Shown: positions 53,896 through 64,000 of the stretch, piece after piece
Layout: each line of letters starts with the position of its first letter
How positions within the stretch are numbered: the first letter of the stretch is position 1
Source: Macrostomum lignano
Taxonomy: Eukaryota
NCBI GenBank assembly: GCA_002269645.1
Contig: NIVC01000061.1
Coordinates: 124,001 to 188,000, forward strand
Direction: 5' to 3'
Length of the DNA stretch: 64,000 bases
Translations under genes and position numbers: made by a program
The notes under the pieces: model-generated
Databases searched by the model: none
The model's input: the letters and a program-made list of their open reading frames with translations, nothing else
What the model was told of the DNA's origin: nothing

Positions 53896-55372
53896 CATGG
53901 ACCCGTTTAGAGTACCTGACACCCTGTTAAGAGTATCTGACACCCCGTTTCGAGTATCTGACACCCCGTTTAGAGTATCCGACACACCATGTTTTCTATC
54001 TGGCAACCTTACCATCTCTTCTCCTCATAATTGCAACTAATCTATAAGTCCACTTAGTTATAAAAGGTGGAAGCATACCAAAGCGGGTTTAACAACTTCA
54101 AACAAGTTAAACTACTTAAAAATTAGTTACTAAGGCGTGTACAACTGGCAGAGATGGGTTGGCAGAAATCAGGCCAACACCGTCTAATGACGTGTCACAA
54201 AGAGTGGGGGAAGCAAACGACTTAATGTATTATTATGGGTGGCAAAAGACCGACGCACAAACCCTGACTGGCGTAGCAGTGGACCGGCCCGCACAAGAGG
54301 ACATGAGTAAAAGAACGCAGAACTGAGCTCCCCCCCCGATGACCTGACTCAACCAGAGTTAAACCGTTAAGCCTAACCGCCTAACCCTCGCATTCGTATA
54401 TCAGCGGGCAATGTCTAGTGCTAATTTAATTACATGCGCTGTTTGTGTAGACTAAGGCAGAGAGATACGGCTGAGAGTTGACGAAGCTTCTTGGCGTTTA
54501 TTAGATCGATACGCAGGTTAAATACGATACAAAGATTGCCACCATAACTGTGGGTATAAAAGATAGAGACAGGGAGTGGGTGAAAAGCACGTACATGCTA
54601 TACAATAGCAACTCGCACATGTGCATGTACACTTAAAACTCACTTACAAATGTGTTAACCCTGCCGTCGTTAACTAAGTGGTATCCCAGCCACCTCATCG
54701 GCGGCAGGGCAGGCCCCCTGATTTGGCCGGGGCACCGGCATTCACTCGCGACACGGCCCTGAGGCGCCCTGTGACGCTGAACGCGTATTGTTGTTGTATG
54801 CATTTACGAGTAGTAGGCAAATAAACGTCTATAATCTATCTGAAATCTGGAACCTACTCGTAAATGTATGTATCTTGCCTTGGACGAAAAATACGCATAT
54901 CTGAGATATGGCTTTGAAAGCAGCGCAATTATACACACGTATTATTCGGCGCAATCATATATATATAATCCAAAAGCATGCGACTTACTTCTGTGGCTAA
55001 TCTGCACTAATTTTATACATGCCTGACATCAAAAAAATGAGGCATGCAGTCATTAATAACGCATGCAGGTTAGCATCGTACCATCATTTTAGATAAACCG
55101 GATGTGCGTGAGCAGATAAAAGATCCTTTTTTCGCCACACTGTTCACGAGTGTATATTGTTTATTAATTAGTTCAAAGTGTACATTAATATGTGTGGTAC
55201 ATCTACATCCCATATATTATAATTTCGTCCAATTCGATACTACGGAAGTCGTCATTTCGTCAGTTTTTAGAAAAATTTGTACTGCATGTTCGCGTCGCTC
55301 GATCAGTCAATTTGGGAAGCTTCTTATAGATTTTGGTGGAAATTCATGCATTGATTAGAAATATCAGCAAGT

Positions 55373-57188
55373 TTAGTTGAAGAGTTGAGACAGCGCTGCT
55401 GTTTGAATCCGCAGCACATTTCCGTTGCCAATGACGTTGACGGGGCCACTTTGCCTACGCCCGTATCCGATGCTGCGCGGTGAAGCAGCGGACTTTTCCG
55501 CACAGGGAACGACCGTCCTCGACGTGCAGCTGCGTTGTTTCGAGCTGCTGGGCAACTCCTGGCGAGCATGTCGTCTCTGATCTGTGGTTGATCCAGCAAC
55601 TGACTGCGGCTTAACAGCAACTTGGCGCTCGGCTGCAGCTGTGGTGAGCAATGAGGCTCGAATTGCAGCTTTTGGGGGCTGCTGTGACCGTTGATCAGGG
55701 GCATGTGATTGGCGGTAAGTGTCTTCTGCTGGCTGGAGCTGAAGAAGCTGCTGTTGCTGCTGCTGTTGCTGCACAGCAGTTAGTTGCTGTTGTGGCTCCT
55801 CAGTTGGCTGCTGCTGTGGTTCCTCAGTTGGCTGCTGCTGTGGTTCCTCAGTTGGCTGCTGCTGTGGTTCCTCAGTTGGCTGCTGCTGTGGTTCCTCAGT
55901 TGGCTGCTGCTGTGGCTCCGCAGTTGGCTGCTGCTGTGGCTCCACAGTTGGCTGCTGCTGTGGTTCCTCAGTTGGCTGCTGCTGTGGCTCCACAGTTGGT
56001 TGCTGCTGTGGCTCCACAGTTGGCTGCTGCTGTGGTTCCTCAGTCGGCTGCTGCTGTGGCTCCACAGTTGGTTGCTGCTGTGGCTCCTCAGTTGGCTGCT
56101 GCTGTGGTTCCTCAGTTGGCTGCTGCTGTGGTTCCTCAGTTGGCTGCTGCTGTGGTTCCTCAGTTCGCTGCTGCTGTGGCTCCACAGTTGGCTGCTGCTG
56201 TGGCTCCACAGTTGGCTGCTGCTGTGGCTCCACAGTTGGTTGCTGCTGTGGCTTCTCAGCAGTTGGTTGCTGCTGTGGCTCCTCAGTTGGTTGCTGCTGT
56301 GGCTCCTCAGTTGGCTGCAGTTGTGGCTCCTCAGTTGGCTGCTGCTGTGGCTCCACAGTTGGTTGCTGCTGTGGCTCCACAGTTGGTTGCTGCTGTGGCT
56401 CCACAGTTGGCTGCTGCTGTGGCTCCACAGTTGGCTGCTGCTGTGGCTCCACAGTTGGCTGCTGCTGTGGCTCCACAGTTGGCTGCTGCTGTGGCTCCAC
56501 AGTTGGCTGCTGCTGTGGCTCCATAGTTGGCTGCTGCTGTGGCTCCATAGTTGGCTGCTGTTGAGGCATCCTTAAAGGCATTAGGCTGCGTCGAACGGTG
56601 GGAACCGGTGGATTGTTCTCTGGAATATCGTAATATTTCAGATTGATTATACATGTATCACTCGACATGAACTTGTTTGAGGAAAAGACAAGTAGATTAA
56701 AATCAGTTCTTACGGCTTATTGCCCTATTTGCTGTCCTTTGCTGCTGCTGCTGCTGCTGGTTATTCTTTAATCCGGAAATTGGCTGGTCATTTTTGCTGG
56801 CCAAATTCGCAGTGGGGTGCACAGCTTGACCTGCTGGGACTGGATAAGTATTGTACGGATCATATACGTGCTCGCTTTCTTGCATGTAGACTCCGCATTT
56901 GCCATCCCGGGTGCCGCCTGCTTCTCTCGTCACAAAGGCCGGATGGGCTGCACTTGTAGAGTTGGCAGGAACAAGTCGTTGTTCATTGTCAAGATCACAG
57001 CTCATTGTCTCGTAAGTGTACTCTTCGTCAGAGAGCTTCCTGCCATCCCGTCCGGCTCCTGGACTGCTGCACCAGCGATCAGCAAGCAGGTACGTCTGCT
57101 GCGGTTCGCAGTCAACGCTGAGATCAACGAGCGATTTATGCCTGCTAAGTCTTCTCAAGCGTCTGGCTATCTTGCCGAACAATTTCAT
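55373..57188 (-). CDS. Orphan protein (~573 aa) with an 8-residue PQQQPT[V/E]E repeat tract, 2 exons
   Basis: Exon 1 57188-56714 and exon 2 56619-55373 are joined in frame by a 94-bp GTAAG...CCAG phase-1 intron. Non-repetitive coding flanks on both sides of a 24-bp coding repeat; no recognised homolog. Confidence 0.55.
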
Positions 57189-57675
57189 TTTTCTTCAACT
57201 GAGATTACTCCAATCTGCTAAACAAAGCCAGTGGTGACTATTGCTCATTGACTCGTTTATATATATATATATATATGTATACACATCAGTTTTAGTACCG
57301 TTTGTCTGCATCGCTTTTTTCTCATGTCTAAAAATAGCATCAAAAAAGAAAACTCGCCGTCTCATTGTGGCAGCACAAACTTCATTGTCTCGGACTATTT
57401 CCAAGCGTACCTACTTGTGCGTACATTCTGCTTTTGAAGACACTTTCCGTTTAACTGCAGAAACTCGCAATGCTAAAAAGTGCAAATGAGTAATGCCTAT
57501 TACTAGATCCTGTTGCTGAACCAACTGGCTCCTATGAATTTCAAAATGAAACAGACGAATTAAAGAGAATATTTTAAACGCCTTTTAAGAGGCTTTCTGA
57601 TACCTGTACTTGCAGCCATTTGAATTAGAATGATTTATCAACCTAGATTTTGACAGTATCAATCTGTCATTGTCA

Positions 57676-57907
57676 ATGATTGATTACACCTGCCCCAATT
57701 GGGCCAGATGTGCAACCGACAGCTCAGCCGCAGCCATTGCGCAGCGCATCTGAAAGCTGCGTACGGCTGTTCAGTCCAAGGACTGGGGGGTCGCCACACA
57801 ATCTCAATTACCCCCAGCTAATGCTGGCACCCATTTTCCAGCTGGGTGAACTGAAGCAATGCGCTTCAGTCAGAGTCCGACGCTCTGACCACTAGGCTAC
57901 AACCCCC
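57676..57907 (-). mobile_element. tRNA-derived SINE
   Basis: Minus strand begins GGGGGTTGTAGCCTAGTGGTCAGAGCGTCGGACTCTGA (A-box, tRNA-like head), continues TTCACCCAGCTGGAAAATGGGTGCC and ends in an AATC-repeat tail. Confidence 0.55.
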
Positions 57908-58479
57908 AGATGGACAGACACTAGCCATGGCTATCTATATACTAGCTAATTGGAACTAATTAATAAGGCATCTATAAATTAGCGAGCAAGAAACAAAGCC
58001 AATGAGGAATGAAAATTTAAATTAATAATTTAACTAACTTCTGTGAACAACATCTCTGAAAAATAATATATTAGATAAAGTAATACTCGTATTTCACAAA
58101 ACGCACATCGCTACTTACTAGTAGAATCTGTTGATGCATGATTGGTTATTTGAAGAAAAAAAGTTAGACAGATAAAAACTTCACGACTCGATAAAGTTTG
58201 ACTAGATTATTTTTTAGACTCAGCTGAAGATAGGTAACAGAAATAGTGTAAAAGACTAGTTAATTAATAAAAAGCTTTTTTGCAAGAAATAATGACAAGC
58301 CCTAAGCCAGAGAATGGGTGCAATTAAAAAACATTTTTTACGAAATCTATGACACTCACGACATGCAATGGTCCTGTACCCGACACCTACATATTGAGAC
58401 AGTTGATTAACTTTTACTACGGTTTAGAAGCTCAATTAGATCAGCGAAACACTCACACAGGAGTGTACAGCAGCCCTAA

Positions 58480-58672
58480 CTTTATTTATCGTTAGGCATG
58501 TACACTTCACTGTGCCTTGTTGGGGGGTTGGCCCTCAAGGGCGTTAATTACACGAGCAGAGCCAAGCCGAGATTCCAATTCAGTGCCATATTAATGTGAC
58601 TGCACATGGGATCGAGTCTGGGACGCTGGCACACCAGAGCGCCACGCCAGACCACTGGGCTATCCCCCCCCC
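58480..58672 (-). mobile_element. tRNA-derived SINE, second family
   Basis: Minus strand GGGGATAGCCCAGTGG (A-box)...GACTCGATCCC (B-box-like), unique body, A-rich end ATAAATAAAG. Confidence 0.55.
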
Positions 58673-59356
58673 ATTGCTGGCATAGTGTGAGACCTAATGC
58701 GCCATCCATGACCATTAGTGCAACCCAAAAGACAGTGCGTGTGTACCGCGCCTGACAATAAGAGGCCGGGTCGGCGTCATTGTGTACGCATCAGAGTGTG
58801 GCTGTATGTCACCTTGATTTTCACCACCCCTTGGATAAATCAACTGGTATATTGAAGTAAAACTATAAAATGTAACAAATTAGTTAATCAACTTTTCTGC
58901 TAGCAAAACGAAGACAGACAACAGTGAGTGATCTACCGTGAGGTTAAACTATAATAGTTTTAAAAAGCCAGGTTTTATCAAGGATGTCCGTCAGAATACG
59001 CGGAGGCTCAATGCCTGCAAAGCGTTGCTCCGATCGCTTAGCTATTGGCGCTAGGCAGACTGAAATGAAACGATAAAAATTGACTTTGTTTGTTGTTGAT
59101 AACTGATAACTATCAACTAAATTGTGCATGTCGTGACATAATATTCACATATTAAGACAACTGGACAGTCACAAAAGGACGACTTGAACTTTTTACGCAG
59201 AAGTCTGAAAAATAATATAATCCGTTGCTTCCACAGAATATCCAGCTAAATATTTGAAAGAACCAGATATTCTCTGGTTCATTCCGGTGTGGTTAGCAGG
59301 GTCTGGCCATAGACTAAGAGCTGTTTTAACACCGCTGTGCAGAGCCAGGGAAGCTT

Positions 59357-59397
59357 AAAGTTCCACGTCTATAGACAGTCTATAGACGTGGAACTTT
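59357..59397. repeat. 41-bp perfect inverted repeat (20-bp arms, 1-nt spacer)
   Basis: AAAGTTCCACGTCTATAGAC-A-GTCTATAGACGTGGAACTTT. Confidence 0.95.
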
Positions 59398-59659
59398 GAT
59401 GGTCGCTTCCTGGGAAGCGAAGCCACCAGAGACTTCCTAAATGTGCAGTCTTTCTAAGCCGAAGTGTTAAATGCTAGGCTATTAAAACCCCAATCACTAA
59501 ACTTTTTTGCGTTGAGCATTGCTCTGTAGAACTTAGGCTTGTCTCATCAATAGCTTTACTACAAAAATATTCTTAGCCGGCAGCTGCAAGTTGCAAAAGT
59601 GGCTTCAATTAATTGCTTGACTTCGGACTCCAGTTCGGCGCTGATGGGACGAGCACGAC

Positions 59660-59740
59660 AATTGCCGCAGACGAATTGCTTGCCGAGATTTGCCCGCAGT
59701 GCAATTTTCCCGCGAGTGAATTGCCCGCCGAGGTTTGTCC
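59660..59740. repeat. Dispersed repeat copy 2 (inverted relative to 53770-53895)
   Basis: GCAGACGAATT...GCCGAGATTTGCCCGCAGTGCAATT..CCCGCGAGTGA shared with copy 1. Confidence 0.7.
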
Positions 59741-60021
59741 CCCTTGGTAGTTCTACATGAACTGTTAAAATGGTCTTTTCTCAAATATAGTTCTTGCCTA
59801 ATCACTGCTAATCACAACATGGGCAGAAGAAATTATCCAGCGCTGTTTGTGGGACAAATATCGCCGAAGGCGTTGCGCCAGGGTGCCCGCAACACCCCTT
59901 GCAATTACTTTTTCAAGCTTTTAAATTTTACAGTCTTCGACAATGCATAATTTCAAGCTTGTCAAAGCGACCTATTCTTACATATAGCTACATGTATATT
60001 ATTCATATCAACGCAGCCAAC

Positions 60022-60612
60022 CTTAAAATACTCCTTGCTCAGGTTGGGGTCCGGTTTCATAGCCTTGGCGCCGGGCTTCCAGTTGGCCGGGCAGACCTCT
60101 CCGTGCTTGTCGGTGAACTGGAAGGCCTGAACCAGACGCAGCGTCTCGTCCACTGACCGGCCGACGGGCAGGTCGTTGACGGTGATCTGGCGCAGCACGC
60201 CAGTGTCGCTGATGATGAACAGGCCGCGATAGGCGACGCCCTCGTCCTCTTTGAGCACGCCGTAGGCGCGACAAATCGACTGAGATCGATCGGCCAGCAC
60301 GGGAATGTTCAGCTTGCCGATGCCGCCCTCCTTGCGGCTGGTGTTGGACCAGGCCAGGTGGACAAAATGACTGTCGCTGCTGCAGGCCAACACCTGACAG
60401 TTGATAGCCTCAAATTCGGACGCTCTGTCCGAGAAGGCGATGATTTCGGTCGGACAAACGAAAGTAAAATCGGCCGGATAAAAGAACAGCACCACATATT
60501 TGCCGGAATAGTCGGCTAGGCTGACGTCAGCGAAGCTCTGGTCGGGCAGCATTGCCTTGCAGGCAAAGGCTGGCGCCGGCTGACCGGGCTGAAGTAACGA
60601 CTGCTGCGACAT
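60022..60612 (-). CDS. PRDX: Typical 2-Cys peroxiredoxin (Prx1/AhpC subfamily)
   Basis: [13 protein letters not shown] (peroxidatic Cys), [12 protein letters not shown] (resolving Cys), EYF. ATG at 60612. Probable donor AAG|GTTGGC at 60021 with an unlocated terminal exon, or read-through to 59962. Confidence 0.95.
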
Positions 60613-62189
60613 GACGGCGGCGGCTGATGGCTGCAGCGATACCGAAGAGGGGAGCAGTTTGTTTGCCACTTTGCTGGGATTTTGAACACTCTTACTAACA
60701 CCCGCAATCAAAAGTGGCGGATGCCATCAATTTTTTATGCTTTAGAAAGAAGCGGGGACGGGTTGAGGAATATCGGCACTAAATCAAAGCGGAGGCAATC
60801 AGAGTAGAGATGTTCTCGAGTAACAAGTGGGTACCCACTGGCTATCCAATGTAGTAAACGAGAAGAACTGGTGATGTATAAAAAACTATAGATAAGGACA
60901 GACGGAGTTCTATAGACCGTTTAGTCACATGCCCGCATCTGCCACTGAATTTCAGGAATGCTGGTGAATGAAGCTCGGTGCATGATGTGCTGTATCATGT
61001 GATGAACCAATGGAAATCTAGATCTAGTAGCTGGAACTAGGTTCTAGTTCTAGATCTCTATGATAGAACTATACACGTGGATTTAAGCAGCCAAACTCAC
61101 TACTAAAATGCTTACTTGTGCCTTTTGGCGTTAATAATGTTTAGGCATGTCACACTGCAGACAGGTGATATGTACGCCAAATACGTTCGCTAAAGTACAT
61201 GAGTTCAATTCTGTGCACGGCAACAACTATTTAAGACTTGCGTTTGCGTCTGTGTCGACTTTCGCATTGATTCAAGGCGGAATCTAAAAGCTCTACTGGA
61301 ACAAACTAAAGAGCCAAAAAATGTTTTGCTAAAAGATGATGATTGAACTAACGAACAGACACCAATCTTTACCTGCTAACTGCTAAACGGAATAGCAACG
61401 CATTTAAGGGAGAGACCTCAGTACTCACGGCAACAGTCTGTAGTTCCTTTACTTCACGCGAGGACTGTTGGAATAGCAATGCGTTTATTTTTTTTTGCTC
61501 ACTATAACCAGTGCAGGGAATGGATTCGTTGGACGAAGGAACAGAGGCCTCTGACTGCAGCCAGCGTGGGCAAGAAAAGCAGCAACGATGGCTCAAATTA
61601 GCCATTCGACCTTATTAATCTAAAACCAACTTAATCACATAATGGACTCGGATGTCAACAGTACTCCCAGTTCTATGCAGTCAGTAAGCCGCTGTCGATT
61701 GCAATATTGAAGTGAAGCAGAAACGGAAACAGGTAGCAATTTCCTTTTACAGGCATAAAAGAAACTATTTGTCGCGTGACGAAGGCGTTGCTCAATGCAG
61801 CAATTCCAGTTAGCATTAAAAGCAAAGCCGTATCCGGGATTAGGCAGGTCTCAGGCGGGAGAATTATAAAAGCAAAGGAATGAAATTCAAGGGAATAGTT
61901 AACCGACCATCAAAAAGACGCCAATTTCAATTACAGGCCTAGAGAGTACAGCTGCGTCTCAGAGTGGGGAAGGAATTGATGGGTAGTGAAGTGTCAGTCA
62001 CAGGTGGGCAGAGTAGCGCAGGTGTACGCATAGGGCGGGGCTCAGAATTGAAGACACAGAGGATGAGCTACTCGAAAAGAAATCGCATCCTGAGCACGGG
62101 GCAAAGCTGTCCATCTAATGACGAGGAAGTAATCAAGAGGGAGAGAACCACCGAGACATGCAGTGTTGTTACAATTGAAAAGCTAGGGC

Positions 62190-62381
62190 CAGGGGCGTAG
62201 CCAGGAATTTCCTACGGGGGGGGATACACCAAGGTGAATTTCCTACGGGGGGGGGGGTTACACCAAGGTAAAAGTGCTCACATGGTAGCATGTATAGCGA
62301 AAAAGTGCAACAAAAAAGTTTTGGTCAGGCTCTTCGGGGGGGGATACATCCCCCCTGATCCCCCCCCTCCCTACGCCACTG
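62190..62381. mobile_element. hAT-type MITE (192 bp)
   Basis: TIR CAGGGGCGTAG / CTACGCCACTG (1 mismatch); 8-bp TSD GCTAGGGC at 62182-62189 and 62382-62389. Confidence 0.88.
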
Positions 62382-63234
62382 GCTAGGGCTGCATTGACCG
62401 CGGCTTACTGCGAACAATTAGTGGAGAGTATAGGGGCTTACCGACTAATTTCTAACTAACCCCGAAACGCATCCTGCCTTCGTTTGCTTTTACTTATGAG
62501 ACACGTACCGGTACGTGCGGAACAAAAGCTGACAGCTACCGCGCTAGATCTTGTCTAAAGCCTCATGCTTAAGTACCCGCCTACTCAATAGGTAGTGCAA
62601 TAGTAGCACTGATGAGAAGATCACTGACTAACTGATGGTATATGTTGCTAAGAGGGGTAGAACGCTCTGTGCAGAAATTAATTATCAGACCGAAAAACCG
62701 AGCAAAACAGGCGTGAAAAATCTCCAAAAATCTCCACTCTATGCTCGTAAGATGTTACTGACAAAGTTTGCAGTATTACAGATGGGCGTTGGCCTTATTT
62801 ACAACAAAAAGCAAGAACCAGAAAAATTACCAGAGGATTTAAAAAACACTCCACTCCGCACTGATATTGGAATTATTTATGCTGCTAATGCTAATATTGC
62901 ACACTACGTCGTTTAAGATTAAGAAAAGATTTAGCATTTAATACACTAAATGAGAAGGGCACCAACACTAACTGGAAGGATGGGAATGATGTAGATAATA
63001 AATGTACTTTAGCCAACACGAACACAGTGACTCGGACAAACACCCACCCAGCAGCAACTAACAATTGGATCGAGTCTTGAGGAAGGTCATTTTGACGAAA
63101 TTTTATGCAACTATTCTCAAATATCTCAAAAGACATGTCACACAAAATTGCATCGGAATCATCAGGTTGTTTGATTACCAAGGTTAGCTCGTAATCACCT
63201 GTCGATTAACCGATATGGCAGCAAGCCAGGCTGT

Positions 63235-63515
63235 TCAACAGTCGCAGGAACAGCAGACGCCACCATCTGCAGAAGCAGCCGCAACTACTGCAGCGGCGTC
63301 ATGACTGGCTGAGAAAGCCAACGCCGAGGAGGACAAGGACAGCGACACAGCAACTGGAAGCGAGGACGGCGTTGGGGACGGCAGCGGCCGCCGATCAGCC
63401 GGCGGACTCGTCGCTGTCGATGAGAAACTGACGTGACGCTGCTGCTTCAGCTGATTAGAGGACTGATGGTGCTCTGCATCCGATGCATTGGCCGCGGACA
63501 AAGAGTTTGAGTACA
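63235..63515 (-). CDS. Possible Ser/Ala-rich coding exon of an unidentified gene
   Basis: GC-rich island with open frame MYSNSLSAANASDAEHHQ...RHVSF...; no recognisable domain or confirmed splice partner. Confidence 0.25.
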
Positions 63516-64000
63516 TTGTATTTCTTAAGAAGGTGCGACAAAGAGAGTCAGCGCAGTAAAGCTTGGATTTCTGGAGGAGAGTGCAAGCTTGTTTGAAATC
63601 CACTAAATAAACTTAGCCAATAATGTCAAGCCACTGACCATTTACCAAAACGCATTGCGTTCAGTTTTTTTGCCCTGGCAAGAGCCTTACTGAATCTGCA
63701 AGCTCACTCGGCGAGAGATCCTCTTCTCCCGCCACGCCAATAGGATCAGCAGGAAAGGGCGCGATACTAAAGCACAGAATCCCAGCGCAATTTGCTGATT
63801 AGATACTTTTCCAAGCATTGCACACTACGCTAGCCATGAGACTGCCGCTAGTGTACACATGCACATAATCAATGCAAGTGCCGACTATCTAAGATGCAAG
63901 AAGACTGGGAGGAAGGTTCACAGAACTGGAGATACTGTCAGGGTTGAGGCCTGAAATTATCCAGCTAAAAGCTTTCAGTCCTACTCTCTTTGAAATAAAT

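Noticed and set aside
54446-54650. Solo-LTR-like end (AATAAA...TACA on the minus strand)
   Set aside because: No matching 5' TG end with a TSD identified.
55651-56575. Plus-strand ORFs (VAPQLAAA / LLLWLHSW repeats)
   Set aside because: Shadows of the 24-bp repeat; only the minus-strand frame has unique flanks and a consistent intron.
57840-57907. tRNA gene
   Set aside because: No complete cloverleaf or acceptor stem; it continues into a SINE-like body and tail.
61369-63181. Short ORFs 61369-61605, 62635-62916, 62891-63181 as exons of one gene
   Set aside because: No recognisable protein motifs and no consistent splice phases established.

Overview
Eukaryotic (animal) genomic DNA with GC-rich exons and introns or intergenic gaps almost all filled by a private micro/minisatellite. 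This architecture resembles the flatworm Macrostomum (inference, not verified). Five genes lie on the + strand: STK36/Fused last exon, a CARD+death-domain CRADD/RAIDD-like adaptor, a frameshifted homocysteine S-methyltransferase, a TTC19-like TPR gene and a 9-exon SLC24/NCKX exchanger. They converge on a block of - strand genes: a trypsin-like protease, a catalytically dead paralog, a ~1,470-aa CCDC17-like gene, an orphan Gln/Pro-repeat gene and a 2-Cys peroxiredoxin. Mobile DNA includes a near full-length APE-RT-RNaseH LINE with a 10-bp TSD inside the CRADD-like intron, two hAT-type non-autonomous elements with 8-bp TSDs and two tRNA-derived SINEs. The most unusual observation is that several minisatellites are homotypic arrays of transcription-factor motifs: RFX X-box arrays in or next to two cilia-associated genes, an ETS array and an E-box/CLEAR cluster. 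Most long ORFs in the supplied track are artefacts of tandem repeats. Protein identities come from recalled family motifs; no database search was run.
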